Source: an uncultured Bacteroidales bacterium (GTDB lineage: Bacteria > Bacteroidota > Bacteroidia > Bacteroidales > UBA3824). From it: 64,000 nucleotides of DNA. Every line of letters starts with the position of its first letter. Position 1 is the stretch's first letter. Shown here one piece after another: positions 8,935 to 17,836 of the stretch. Both the position numbers and the translations under genes were made by a program. The notes beneath the pieces are model-generated. The model did no database searches and was not told the origin of the DNA. It saw nothing but the letters and a program-made list of their open reading frames with translations. The stretch covers positions 352-64,351 of the forward strand of contig CAJOJG010000009.1 in NCBI GenBank assembly GCA_905234655.1, written 5' to 3'.

Positions 8935-9651
8935 ATGAAAATCGAATCGTTAGCAAAAGAGCTTTCCGCCACCACCTACCCCGGCCGCGGAATTGTGATA
9001 GGCAGAAGTGCCGACGGCAAATACGCCGTTACAGCATATTTCATAATGGGACGCAGCGAAAATTCGCGCAACCGCGTGTTCGTCGAGGACGGCGAGGGCA
9101 TCCGCACAGAGGCGTTCGACCCGTCAAAAATGAAAGACCCGTCGCTCATCATCTACGCGCCGGTCCGCGTCCTCGGCAACAACACAATCGTTACCAACGG
9201 CGACCAGACCGACACCGTCTATGACCTGATGAACGCCGAACAGACCTTTGAAATGTCGCTTCGCACACGCCAGTACGAACCCGACGCACCCAACTTCACG
9301 CCGCGCATCTCGGGCATTATGAACGTCAACAAAGGCAAATACACTTTCCAAATGTCAATCCTCAAATCCGACAGCGGCCGCCCCGAGTCAAATTGCAGAT
9401 ACACATTCAGTTACGACAATCCGATAGCGGGCGAGGGACGCTTCATCCACACATACATGGGCGACGGCAACCCGCTGCCGAGTTTTGAAGGCGAGCCGAC
9501 GAGGGTGGACATCAAGGGCGGCATCGACGAGTTCACTTCCACCGTCTGGAACAGCCTCGACGCCGAAAACAAAGTGTCGCTCTTCACGCGCTTTATCAAC
9601 ATTGAGACAGGCAGTTACGAAAGTAGAATCATCAACAAAAACACCAAATAA
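8935..9651 (+). CDS. IMP cyclohydrolase-like protein (archaeal PurO-type fold)
   Basis: YPGRGIVIGRS.DG...V.AYFIMGRSENSRNR.F and IIYAPVR..GN..IVTNGDQTD are characteristic of PurO-like IMP cyclohydrolases. The start was set at the MKIESL Met. Confidence 0.7.
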   Translation: MKIESLAKELSATTYPGRGIVIGRSADGKYAVTAYFIMGRSENSRNRVFVEDGEGIRTEAFDPSKMKDPSLIIYAPVRVLGNNTIVTNGDQTDTVYDLMNAEQTFEMSLRTRQYEPDAPNFTPRISGIMNVNKGKYTFQMSILKSDSGRPESNCRYTFSYDNPIAGEGRFIHTYMGDGNPLPSFEGEPTRVDIKGGIDEFTSTVWNSLDAENKVSLFTRFINIETGSYESRIINKNTK

Positions 9652-9652
9652 A

Positions 9653-10831
9653 ATGCAGGAATACCAACTCAAATACGGCTGCAACCCCAACCAAAAGCCC
9701 GCGCGGATATACATGCCGCAGGGCGAACTTCCCGTGGAAGTATTGAACGGCAGGGGCGGCTACATCAATTTCCTCGACGCCTTCAACGGCTGGCAACTCG
9801 TCAGCGAACTCAAAAAGGCTACCGGCATCCCCGCCGCGACCTCGTTCAAGCACGTTTCGCCGGCGGGCGCGGCCATTGGACTGCCGCTGTCGGACGTCGA
9901 GAAAAAGATATATTGGGCGGACGACCTCAACATCGAGTTCACGCCCCTCGCCAACGCCTACATACGCGCACGCGGCGCAGACAGAATGTCGTCGTTTGGC
10001 GACTTCATCGCGCTTTCCGACGTCTGCGACGAAAGCACCGCGCTCGTCATCAAGCGTGAAGTTTCCGACGGCGTGATTGCGCCCGGCTACACCGATGCCG
10101 CCCTCAACATCTTGAAAGCCAAGAAGAACGGCAACTATTGCGTCATCAAAATCGATCCGGAATACAAGCCCGCGCCCATCGAGAGGAAGGAAGTTTTTGG
10201 CATCACATTCGAGCAAGGCCGCAACGAACTTGTAATAGACGAACACTTCTTCGACAACATCGTTACCACCAACAAAAACCTGCCCGCACAGGCCAAGACC
10301 GACCTTGCGATTGCGATGATTACGCTGAAATACACACAGAGCAACTCGGTTTGTTACGTGAAAAACGGCCAGGCCATCGGCATCGGCGCAGGCCAACAGT
10401 CGCGCATCCACTGCACGAGGCTCGCCGGTCAGAAAGCCGACAACTGGTGGCTTCGACAGTCGCCGCAAGTGCTTGGTCTTCAATTCGTTGACGGCATCAA
10501 GCGTCCCGACCGCGACAACACCATCGACATCTACATTTCCGACGACTACATGGACGTACTTGCCGACGGCGAATGGCAAAAATTCTTCAAGGTAAAGCCC
10601 GAAATCTTCACCCGCGAGGCCAAACGCGCCTGGCTCGACAAAAACAGCGGCGTTTCGGTCGGTTCCGACGCATTCTTCCCCTTCGGCGACAATGTGGAAC
10701 GCGCCCACAAGAGCGGCGTCCTCTACATCGCCCAGCCCGGCGGCTCTGTCCGCGACGACAATGTCATCGACACCTGCAACAAATACGGCATCGTGATGAG
10801 TTTCACGGGGATAAGACTGTTCCATCACTAA
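9653..10831 (+). CDS. AICAR formyltransferase-domain protein (PurH C-terminal domain only)
   Basis: LKYGCNPNQ, FKHVSPAGAA, GIGAGQQSRIHCTRLA and SDAFFPF resemble the AICARFT half of PurH. The start is at 9653 (MQEYQLKYG), 1 nt after the purO-like stop. The longer ORF start at 9485 overlaps the previous gene and was rejected. Confidence 0.75.
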   Translation: MQEYQLKYGCNPNQKPARIYMPQGELPVEVLNGRGGYINFLDAFNGWQLVSELKKATGIPAATSFKHVSPAGAAIGLPLSDVEKKIYWADDLNIEFTPLANAYIRARGADRMSSFGDFIALSDVCDESTALVIKREVSDGVIAPGYTDAALNILKAKKNGNYCVIKIDPEYKPAPIERKEVFGITFEQGRNELVIDEHFFDNIVTTNKNLPAQAKTDLAIAMITLKYTQSNSVCYVKNGQAIGIGAGQQSRIHCTRLAGQKADNWWLRQSPQVLGLQFVDGIKRPDRDNTIDIYISDDYMDVLADGEWQKFFKVKPEIFTREAKRAWLDKNSGVSVGSDAFFPFGDNVERAHKSGVLYIAQPGGSVRDDNVIDTCNKYGIVMSFTGIRLFHH

Positions 10832-10836
10832 AATTC

Positions 10837-10918
10837 AATGCATAATTAATGCATAATTCATAATGCATAATTCATAATCAGGCTTCCGCCGGATGGCAAT
10901 TATGAATTATGCATTAAT
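10837..10918. repeat. Heptamer-palindrome element, full hairpin copy
   Basis: The left arm ...GCATAATTCATAAT (to 10878) and the right arm ATTATGAATTATGC... (from 10899) are reverse complements flanking the loop CAGGCTTCCGCCGGATGGCA. The element begins 5 nt after the stop of the upstream gene. Confidence 0.85.
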
Positions 10919-11076
10919 CTTGACGACATCGACGGTGGGAACACCATCGGGTGTGGATGTACTTACACCACAAAACTACAAATAACCACCGATATATCTA
11001 CAAAAAAACGCAAAATCCACCATGTTTGTCCTACATTTGTTTTATTTTGTCCACCATGGGTGAGGGGATTGAGCGT

Positions 11077-11084
11077 TAAATTTG
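11077..11084 (+). promoter_or_regulatory. -7 promoter box TAAATTTG
   Basis: TAnnTTTG match 46 nt upstream of the GH43 ATG. Confidence 0.4.
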
Positions 11085-11129
11085 CGACATCAATACAAAC
11101 AATAAATTCACTCAATAAACCTTTTTACT

Positions 11130-12923
11130 ATGAAGACAAGACATTTGATGATGGCGGCTGCCATGATGTTCGCGTCGGTCGCCATCGTAGGATGCGGCGA
11201 TGACGACGAAAACGAAATTCCAATGCCGCCAGGTGGTGAAACAAATACCAACCAAGGCAACGGCGACGAAAGCACCACGCCTACTCTCAAAACCACGGTA
11301 GCAGCCGGTCCCATCGGCACTGACGGCCTTACTAAGAAGGACGACTACCGCACATCGGCTGGCTGGGAGAACCACTTGACATGGAACCTCGCAAATGTAC
11401 ACGACCCATCTGTGGCATATTACAATGGCTACTATTATATGTATGGCACTGACGCTTCGTTCGGCAACGCCCACAACAGCGCGACTAACGGCAAGCATTT
11501 CCAGGGCAAACGCTCCAAAGACCTCGTAAACTGGGGCTACGTTGGCGGACCTTTCAACGACGCGCCATCCTGGATGTTGGACTCCATAAACAGTTTCCGC
11601 GCAAAGATGGGCTTGGAAGGCACACTAACTTATAACGACATCAAAGGACAGCTCGGCTACTGGGCACCCGTAATCAGGAATGTTGACGGCAAACTCCGCA
11701 TGTATTACAGCATCGTCTGTGACAACTTCCTCAAGACAGGCGGCACTGTGTTCGACAACTCGTGGAACATCTGGGCATTCATAGGAATGTGCGAATCCAC
11801 CGACCCCGAGAACGACGTATGGTACGACAAAGGTTTTGTGACCTGCTCATCGTCCGACAAAGGCATCGATGGCTGGGCAAGGTCATCAACAGGCGATTGG
11901 AACGCTTATTGTTTCTATAATGCCATCGACCCGACTTACATCGTCACACCCGAAGGCGAGCATTGGCTCATCCACGGCTCTTGGCACAGTGGTTTCACCG
12001 CACTGAAACTCGACCCGACTACTGGCAAACCCGCCAACCCTGTGGGCGACCCCTGGGCTTCTAACGCCACAGACCTCCAACAAAGGTTTGGCAAGAGGAT
12101 TGCAACACGCGGCATTTCGCGCTGGCAGGCATCGGAGGCTCCTGAAGTCATCTATAAGGACGGCTACTATTACCTTTTCATGGCGTGGGACGGTCTCGAT
12201 GTCCCATACAACACACGCGTTGTCCGCGCACAAAGCGTTGACGGCCCTTATTACACATCACGTGGCGCCAACTACACCGACGGCGCAGAAAACACAAAAG
12301 TATATCCAATCGTCACCCATCCATACAAATTCAAGGACGGCCCGGGCTGGGTGGGCATATCCCACTGCTGCGTTTTCCAAAACCAAGACACAAAAGAATG
12401 GTTCTACATGTCGCAGGGCCGCTTCCCTGCCGACTACGACACTTGGGCACCGAATGCAATCATGCTCGGCCATGTAAGGAAAATCGTATGGTGTCCGGCG
12501 ACAGCTGACGACTTGAACGACTTGTGGCCAATCGCACTGCCTGAACGTTACGCAAATGTCGAGCAGACTCCGATCAAAACTTCCGAAATCCCCGGCAAGT
12601 ACGAGTTCATAAACCTTGGCTACAAATATGGCGAACAGATTGCCGCCGATGCCGACTACTTAGTGTTCAATGAAGACGGCACGATGTCCGGCCCGCTTAA
12701 CGGCACATGGGAATTTGACGAAACTACCAAATATCTGAAACTCACATCTTCCGACGGCAAGTTTGAAGGTTCGGGCAATAATCTCGGTTCTGTCATCGTA
12801 TGCGTAGAGCGCGAACGCGACTGGGAAAAGAAAGTAGAATCGACACTCGTTTTCGCCGGTTTCCACAAACTCCACACGAACACCTTCTGGGGTAAACGTG
12901 TTGCAGATTTAGACTCCAAATAA
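11130..12923 (+). CDS. Glycoside hydrolase family 43 lipoprotein (arabinanase/xylosidase-like)
   Basis: Lipobox (ASVAIVGCG). GH43 signatures NVHDPSVAYYNGYYYMYGTD and YWAPVI...GK..MYYS, plus a later WQASEAPEVIYKDGYYYLF block. The extra C-terminal domain is of unknown function. Confidence 0.8.
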   Translation: MKTRHLMMAAAMMFASVAIVGCGDDDENEIPMPPGGETNTNQGNGDESTTPTLKTTVAAGPIGTDGLTKKDDYRTSAGWENHLTWNLANVHDPSVAYYNGYYYMYGTDASFGNAHNSATNGKHFQGKRSKDLVNWGYVGGPFNDAPSWMLDSINSFRAKMGLEGTLTYNDIKGQLGYWAPVIRNVDGKLRMYYSIVCDNFLKTGGTVFDNSWNIWAFIGMCESTDPENDVWYDKGFVTCSSSDKGIDGWARSSTGDWNAYCFYNAIDPTYIVTPEGEHWLIHGSWHSGFTALKLDPTTGKPANPVGDPWASNATDLQQRFGKRIATRGISRWQASEAPEVIYKDGYYYLFMAWDGLDVPYNTRVVRAQSVDGPYYTSRGANYTDGAENTKVYPIVTHPYKFKDGPGWVGISHCCVFQNQDTKEWFYMSQGRFPADYDTWAPNAIMLGHVRKIVWCPATADDLNDLWPIALPERYANVEQTPIKTSEIPGKYEFINLGYKYGEQIAADADYLVFNEDGTMSGPLNGTWEFDETTKYLKLTSSDGKFEGSGNNLGSVIVCVERERDWEKKVESTLVFAGFHKLHTNTFWGKRVADLDSK

Positions 12924-12927
12924 CCCT

Positions 12928-13033
12928 CGATACTACCGCCAAATCTCCAAAAAAAACAGAGATTTGGCGGCACTATCGCCGATACTACCGCCAAATCTCC
13001 AAAAAAAATCGAGATTTGGCGGTAGTATCGGCG
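12928..13033. repeat. Tandem duplication (~51 bp x2) of a hairpin unit CGATACTACCGCCAAATCTC-A-rich loop-GAGATTTGGCGG...
   Basis: Copy 1 is at 12928-12978 (imperfect outer stem). Copy 2 is at 12979-13033 (perfect). Confidence 0.85.
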
Positions 13034-13040
13034 ATTTTTT
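12977..13040 (+). terminator. Strong rho-independent terminator after the GH43 gene
   Basis: Perfect 23-bp stem (12977-12999 pairs with 13011-13033), an 11-nt loop, then ATTTTTT. Confidence 0.75.
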
Positions 13041-13042
13041 AT

Positions 13043-13050
13043 TATATTTG
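13043..13050 (+). promoter_or_regulatory. -7 promoter box TATATTTG
   Basis: TAnnTTTG match 20 nt upstream of the ATG at 13070. Confidence 0.45.
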
Positions 13051-13069
13051 CAAACAAAAATATTTGACC

Positions 13070-14512
13070 ATGGCGAAAGACAAAATCATAGGCAGAGTAC
13101 AGGAAATCAGACTGTTAGACGACCTGGTACAGTCTGGCAAGGCTGAGTTTGTGGCGTTATATGGACGCAGGAGGGTCGGAAAGACGTACCTATTGCAGCA
13201 ATATTTTGACGGCAAGTTCGATTTTTACTACACCGGATTGTACCAGACCGACAAGAATGTGCAACTCGACAGGTTCGCGACCTTACTGTCTAAAGCATCG
13301 GGAACGGCAAAAAAGAAACTCAAAACATGGTTTGACGCATTCGACGCGCTGCGCGAACACATCATAGCACTCGGTAAAAAGACCGTCGTCGTTTTCCTCG
13401 ACGAACTGCCATGGATGGACACGCCCAAAAGCAACTTTCTTGCGGCGTTTTCCGACTTTTGGAACTCGTGGGGATGCCGGCGTCCCGAACTCAAACTTTT
13501 CATCTGTGGCAGCTCGACGACATGGATAATGTCAAACATCATCGGCGACCGTGGCGGGCTTTACGGACGCATGACACGCTCCATATACATCGCACCCTTC
13601 AGCCTTGGCGAGACCGAGCAATTCCTCGCCAAGATGAAGGGCATGCGGTGGAACCGGCATCAGATTATCGAACTATACATGATTCTTGGCGGAATACCAT
13701 ATTACCTCGACCTGCTGAAGAAAGGCGCACCATTCGCGCAGTGCATTGACAATCTGTTCTTTAACCATGGAGCGGCATTGCGCACAGAGTTTGACTTCCT
13801 GTACCGCAGTCTATATGGCAATTCAGTTTTTTACAAGCAGGTGATAGAGGTGCTGTCAAGCCGACTTTCAGGACTTACACGCGCCGAAATCGCAAAGGCA
13901 CTGAAAGTCAAAAGCGGCGGCGCACTCACGGAAGCCCTTGACAATCTTTGCAGTTGTGATTTTATAAGAAGGTACAACGCCATCGGCAAGTCGACAAAGG
14001 ACACGATATACCAATTGACCGACCTGTTTTCACTTTTCCATCTGAGGTTCGTGAAGGCATCGTCGGCCGCCAATGACAATTTTTGGACTAATATCCACGG
14101 AAAATCCCAGCAGACGGCGTGGGCAGGCTACGCTTTTGAGCAGGTATGCCTTCATCATATTCCGCAGATAAAGACCAAACTCGGCATTTCGGGAGTATCA
14201 TGCAATGTAAGTTCATGGATTGGCACTGAGAAAGATGCCGACGGCAAGGCTGTCCAAACCGCACAAATCGACTTGCTCATAGACCGCAGCGACGATGTCA
14301 TAAACGTCTGCGAAATCAAGTATTACAAATCCAAATTCTCCATCGACGACAAGTACGCCGAACATCTCCGCGAGCGGCTTTCGCTGTTCAAGCGCGTCAC
14401 AAAGACCAATAAGGCATTGTGGCTCACGTTCATAACCACATACGGACTTGCCGCGTCCCCCAATGCTGGCGAAGTTCAGAACGAGGTTATCAGCGACGAT
14501 TTGTTTACCTAA
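13070..14512 (+). CDS. Orphan P-loop ATPase (archaeal-ATPase / DUF234-like family)
   Basis: MAKDKIIGRVQEIRLLDDL..SGKAEFVALYGRRRVGKTYLL (Walker A) and Walker B VVVFLDELPWM, with a winged-helix-like middle and a C-terminal region with nuclease-like spacing (AQIDLLIDR...INVCEIKY). Confidence 0.65.
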   Translation: MAKDKIIGRVQEIRLLDDLVQSGKAEFVALYGRRRVGKTYLLQQYFDGKFDFYYTGLYQTDKNVQLDRFATLLSKASGTAKKKLKTWFDAFDALREHIIALGKKTVVVFLDELPWMDTPKSNFLAAFSDFWNSWGCRRPELKLFICGSSTTWIMSNIIGDRGGLYGRMTRSIYIAPFSLGETEQFLAKMKGMRWNRHQIIELYMILGGIPYYLDLLKKGAPFAQCIDNLFFNHGAALRTEFDFLYRSLYGNSVFYKQVIEVLSSRLSGLTRAEIAKALKVKSGGALTEALDNLCSCDFIRRYNAIGKSTKDTIYQLTDLFSLFHLRFVKASSAANDNFWTNIHGKSQQTAWAGYAFEQVCLHHIPQIKTKLGISGVSCNVSSWIGTEKDADGKAVQTAQIDLLIDRSDDVINVCEIKYYKSKFSIDDKYAEHLRERLSLFKRVTKTNKALWLTFITTYGLAASPNAGEVQNEVISDDLFT

Positions 14513-14780
14513 CTTGACTCATAATGATATTTATGATGCCAGTGCAAAAAGTTTTTTGAAAACGTCGGGCGAGGACGAGTTTGACGTAATCTTTCAGGCC
14601 GCGCACGTACAGCAACTGCGGCAGGCTGACCCTCACCATCATTCCGTCGCTCTTGACGAAAATGTCGTTGGGCGCATTTTGGGGCGGGGGCGCGGCGGAT
14701 TGATATTCCCATATCGGCCGGTAAAACAGCGCGAACAGCACGGCGAGGGTGGCGAGGATGATTGCATAGTGTTTTTTCAT
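14505..14780 (-). pseudogene. Truncated LytTR-domain protein remnant
   Basis: An N-terminal TM helix, then IFVKSDGMMVRVSLPQLLYVRGLKDYVKL, which is the first half of a LytTR DNA-binding domain. Similarity is lost about 60 nt before the convergent ATPase stop. Confidence 0.5.
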
Positions 14781-14792
14781 GGTCGTGGGGTG

Positions 14793-15100
14793 TTACATTC
14801 GTGGGGTGTCGTCGCCGCCCTGTTCGGTGCGCTCGAAGTCGTCGTTGTTGATGGTGCTCTTGGTGCGCTTTACCTGCACTTGCTTGCCAAATCTGTAGGA
14901 GAGCGACACGCCGACGCGTCCGATGCTGATTCGGCTGCTGGTGTTGGATTCGTAGCCGACGCCCGCCGAGTGGGTGTCCATGTGAAGGTGGTAGCCGTGT
15001 TTGAGGTCAGCGAGATTTCTTCCTCGCGGGTGAGGCGGATGATGTTTTCGTCGGTCAGGAATTGAAGCCTGTAATACTCTTTTGGGAAGTCTTTCGCCAT
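14793..15100 (-). pseudogene. Frameshifted remnant of an outer-membrane beta-barrel protein (C-terminal end only)
   Basis: Two overlapping frames. One ends GVGYESN..RISIGRVGVSLSYRFGKQ, which resembles the terminal strands of Bacteroidetes OM barrel/TonB-dependent-like proteins. It is far too short to be functional. Confidence 0.4.
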
Positions 15101-15214
15101 TTGTGATTGTTTTGCAAGGCAAAGTTAGCATATTTTTGTGATTTGCAAAAATCGTTTTCATGTTAACGAAAAAATTTTTTTCTAATTGTTTTTTTTATTT
15201 TGTAGAAAATGTAT

Positions 15215-15222
15215 TACATTTG
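15215..15222 (+). promoter_or_regulatory. -7 promoter box TACATTTG
   Basis: TAnnTTTG match 30 nt upstream of the ATG at 15252, preceded by an AT-rich tract. Confidence 0.45.
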
Positions 15223-15251
15223 TCCTCGAATAACAAAACTCTATTGTCATA

Positions 15252-17834
15252 ATGAAAACCATCAATTTGCTATTGGCATTGGCTGCGCCCGCGATGCTGG
15301 CCGCCGGATACATGCCTGATAACGACAAGTATCAAAATATCAACAATATACGCCAGTTCGCCACGGTGAATGGCGATGACGACGGCTTCAGGCTGTGCAA
15401 GCAGCCGTACTACAAAGACATGTTCGACGACAAGGAACTCTCGAAGCTCGACAAGGCGGAAAAATACCGCGCAAAGTCCGACGAGGCCACTGTCCTCGCC
15501 GCCGCAATCCAAAAACAGGCGGACGACATGAGGATTATATCCGGTCAATCCGCCAAGATTCAAAAGCAGTCCGCAAAACTCTCCGCAAAGGCCGCGTCCC
15601 AGGAACTAACAGCCCTCAAGACATTCGAGAAGGCGGCTTCGTTGTACCGTCCGGTGTACTTCGACAAGATTGCCAAACTCGCCGCAGACACCTCACAGGC
15701 GAGCCTAAAGACCGCGCGCCAACTTGCTGAAAAGGCTTACCTCCACTACCACGCCGCAGACTCCATAAAGGGCGGAATAACTGCGGAAAACACCCTCGAA
15801 TCCAACCGCGCAATCTACACGAACATCGTCAATGCCGTTCATTATCAGGAACTTGCATTGGCAATCTGCAAGGGCGACCCGAAAATAGACTACACAAACT
15901 ACACAAACATCCTGAAGTCCACCGACACTACTTCAAAAACTGTCGAGATTCCAAAACTCATTGCCTTTGAGCATTACGATTTTGACAAGGACTCCAACCT
16001 CTACCGTCTGCGCTACCGCCAACTGACGCCAAAACTCGCCATCACCGACGCCGACAAGAAAATCGTCGACAAAATATCGCTTGACGAAGCCGCCATCGCC
16101 GACTATTTCCAAAAGGCGCAGTCCAAGGGTTGTTCAGCCGACACATTCCGCGTCTACGCCAACAACGCCGACAATCTCGCCGTGCGCGAATACTACGAGC
16201 AGATGGCGCAGGAAAGCGAACTCTCCGAATGCAGCAACCTATTGAAAGGCGTGAAGTTAGAGACCACGAACAACAATGCGCTCTACGAACTCTACAAGAA
16301 ATACATCCCCGCAATCCGCACCACGACTCCCACTGTCGGCACATACCGCGACCGCAGCGCAATAGCCACAATGTGGGAGCAGCAAGCCGAGAACCTCTAC
16401 AAAATCTCAAAAACATACGAGGAACTCGCCGCAAAACAGCTCAGCCACGTCGAGCAGTACACCCAACTTTCCGAGGGCAACGAGGCTAAGCTCCAGGCTC
16501 TGCAATACATTGAAAACGCAGTTGCAATATACCTCGGCGACTCCATCGTTCGCCCGAACAGCTCGTTAGCCGCCACAGCCGTCGAACGCCACAACGACAT
16601 CGCCATGGACTTCATGATGGACGAGTCGGGCGACGCGCCAGTTAAACCTGTGACGACTAACACAAACAAGTCAAACACACCGAAAACCACACCAGCAAAC
16701 ACCGTAGTCGACGTGTCAGGCAACAACAACAAAACCACAAACACCACCACAACGACCACGAAGCCGACAACGACCACAAAACCGACCACGACGACCAAAC
16801 CGACGACATCCAAAACCACAGTTGTCTCAGAACGCCAGCCCGCCGTCTCGTCGTCAAACGCCGCCGTAACAGCGACTTCCTACTACACACGCGACGACCA
16901 AAGGCTAAAGCCGTATAAATTCCCAACCTCGACAATATTCAGCGTCGAGGCCGGAATCTACAAAGAAATGCCGGAGCCGGTCGAGTTCCCGTCGGTTCAG
17001 ACCTTCCTGGCTCAAAACCTCAAAGGACAGACCTTCATGCGCTACTACATCGGCACATTCAAGACCTACGACGCAGCCCTCGCAGCCCAGGCGATTGCGA
17101 AAGACGAAGGCTACACCTCGTCAAAAGTCGTCGCATTCACAAACGGCAAGAAAGTCGACCTGACCGCCGCACGGAAGTCCGCCGAAAAAGCGTCAAACTA
17201 CCAGTCGCTCGTCCAAAGCGAGCTCAAAGCCTTGAACGCCAACCGCAAGGCGACCACTCCGGTCGTTGTGGCGACTAACACGGTCAACACCACAGGCTCC
17301 GCCCTGCCGCTCTCCATGCTCGGCGACTCATACGCCGTGCAGATTGCCGCGCTGCCCAAGCTCCTCGGCATGGACGCTTTCAATGTCAGCGAACTTTACT
17401 ACGACCAGAACGACGCAGGGCTGTACCGCTACTACACCGGCATCTCGGACGACATGAGCATTGCAAACGCAAACCTCACGACGCTCCGCCAGTCGGGCTA
17501 CGAAGACGCATACCTCGTCCAAATCGCCAACGGAACCAACATCGGCAACGCGACCACAAAGAACACGCCCACCGGCGCGAAAACCGGCACAGTATACCGC
17601 GTGCAGATCGGCGCATTCGCCGGAAACCCGAACCCCGACACCCAAAAGCGCATCAACTCACTGAAAGCCAATGGCTACACCGTCCATACGAGCCAGTCGG
17701 GGAAATACACAGTATACACCGTCGGCGACTGCACGACGCGCGACCAAGCCGAGACCATCAAAAAACAACTCGTGAACAAAGGCTTCAAGGAATCATACGT
17801 AGCCACATTCGTTAACGGCGTAAAACAGAACTAA
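15252..17834 (+). CDS. Secreted SPOR-domain protein: long helical N-terminal region, Thr/Pro linker, three SPOR-like repeats
   Basis: Signal peptide MKTINLLLALAAPAMLAAG. An Ala/Lys/Gln-rich helical region. A TTTTKP linker. C-terminal repeats of the SPOR pattern (YAVQIAAL..., YRVQIGAFAGNPN...GKYTVYTVG......A......L...GF..SYV). Confidence 0.75.
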   Translation: MKTINLLLALAAPAMLAAGYMPDNDKYQNINNIRQFATVNGDDDGFRLCKQPYYKDMFDDKELSKLDKAEKYRAKSDEATVLAAAIQKQADDMRIISGQSAKIQKQSAKLSAKAASQELTALKTFEKAASLYRPVYFDKIAKLAADTSQASLKTARQLAEKAYLHYHAADSIKGGITAENTLESNRAIYTNIVNAVHYQELALAICKGDPKIDYTNYTNILKSTDTTSKTVEIPKLIAFEHYDFDKDSNLYRLRYRQLTPKLAITDADKKIVDKISLDEAAIADYFQKAQSKGCSADTFRVYANNADNLAVREYYEQMAQESELSECSNLLKGVKLETTNNNALYELYKKYIPAIRTTTPTVGTYRDRSAIATMWEQQAENLYKISKTYEELAAKQLSHVEQYTQLSEGNEAKLQALQYIENAVAIYLGDSIVRPNSSLAATAVERHNDIAMDFMMDESGDAPVKPVTTNTNKSNTPKTTPANTVVDVSGNNNKTTNTTTTTTKPTTTTKPTTTTKPTTSKTTVVSERQPAVSSSNAAVTATSYYTRDDQRLKPYKFPTSTIFSVEAGIYKEMPEPVEFPSVQTFLAQNLKGQTFMRYYIGTFKTYDAALAAQAIAKDEGYTSSKVVAFTNGKKVDLTAARKSAEKASNYQSLVQSELKALNANRKATTPVVVATNTVNTTGSALPLSMLGDSYAVQIAALPKLLGMDAFNVSELYYDQNDAGLYRYYTGISDDMSIANANLTTLRQSGYEDAYLVQIANGTNIGNATTKNTPTGAKTGTVYRVQIGAFAGNPNPDTQKRINSLKANGYTVHTSQSGKYTVYTVGDCTTRDQAETIKKQLVNKGFKESYVATFVNGVKQN
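16743..16820 (+). repeat. Coding 15-18 bp tandem repeat giving (T)4-6KP x3
   Basis: ACN-rich repeats encode TTTTTTKPTTTTKPTTTTKPTTSKTT within the SPOR protein. Confidence 0.8.
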
Positions 17835-17836
17835 GA

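Noticed and set aside
9485-9652. Upstream extension of the AICARFT ORF, and a similar extension for the response regulator at 31190-31534
   Set aside because: The extensions overlap neighbouring genes, lack homology-like sequence, and an internal Met with a conserved N-terminus is available.
9632-10828. 398-aa minus-strand ORF
   Set aside because: It is antisense to the AICARFT-domain gene and has a shadow-frame composition (V, G, D, A, R) with no recognisable domain.
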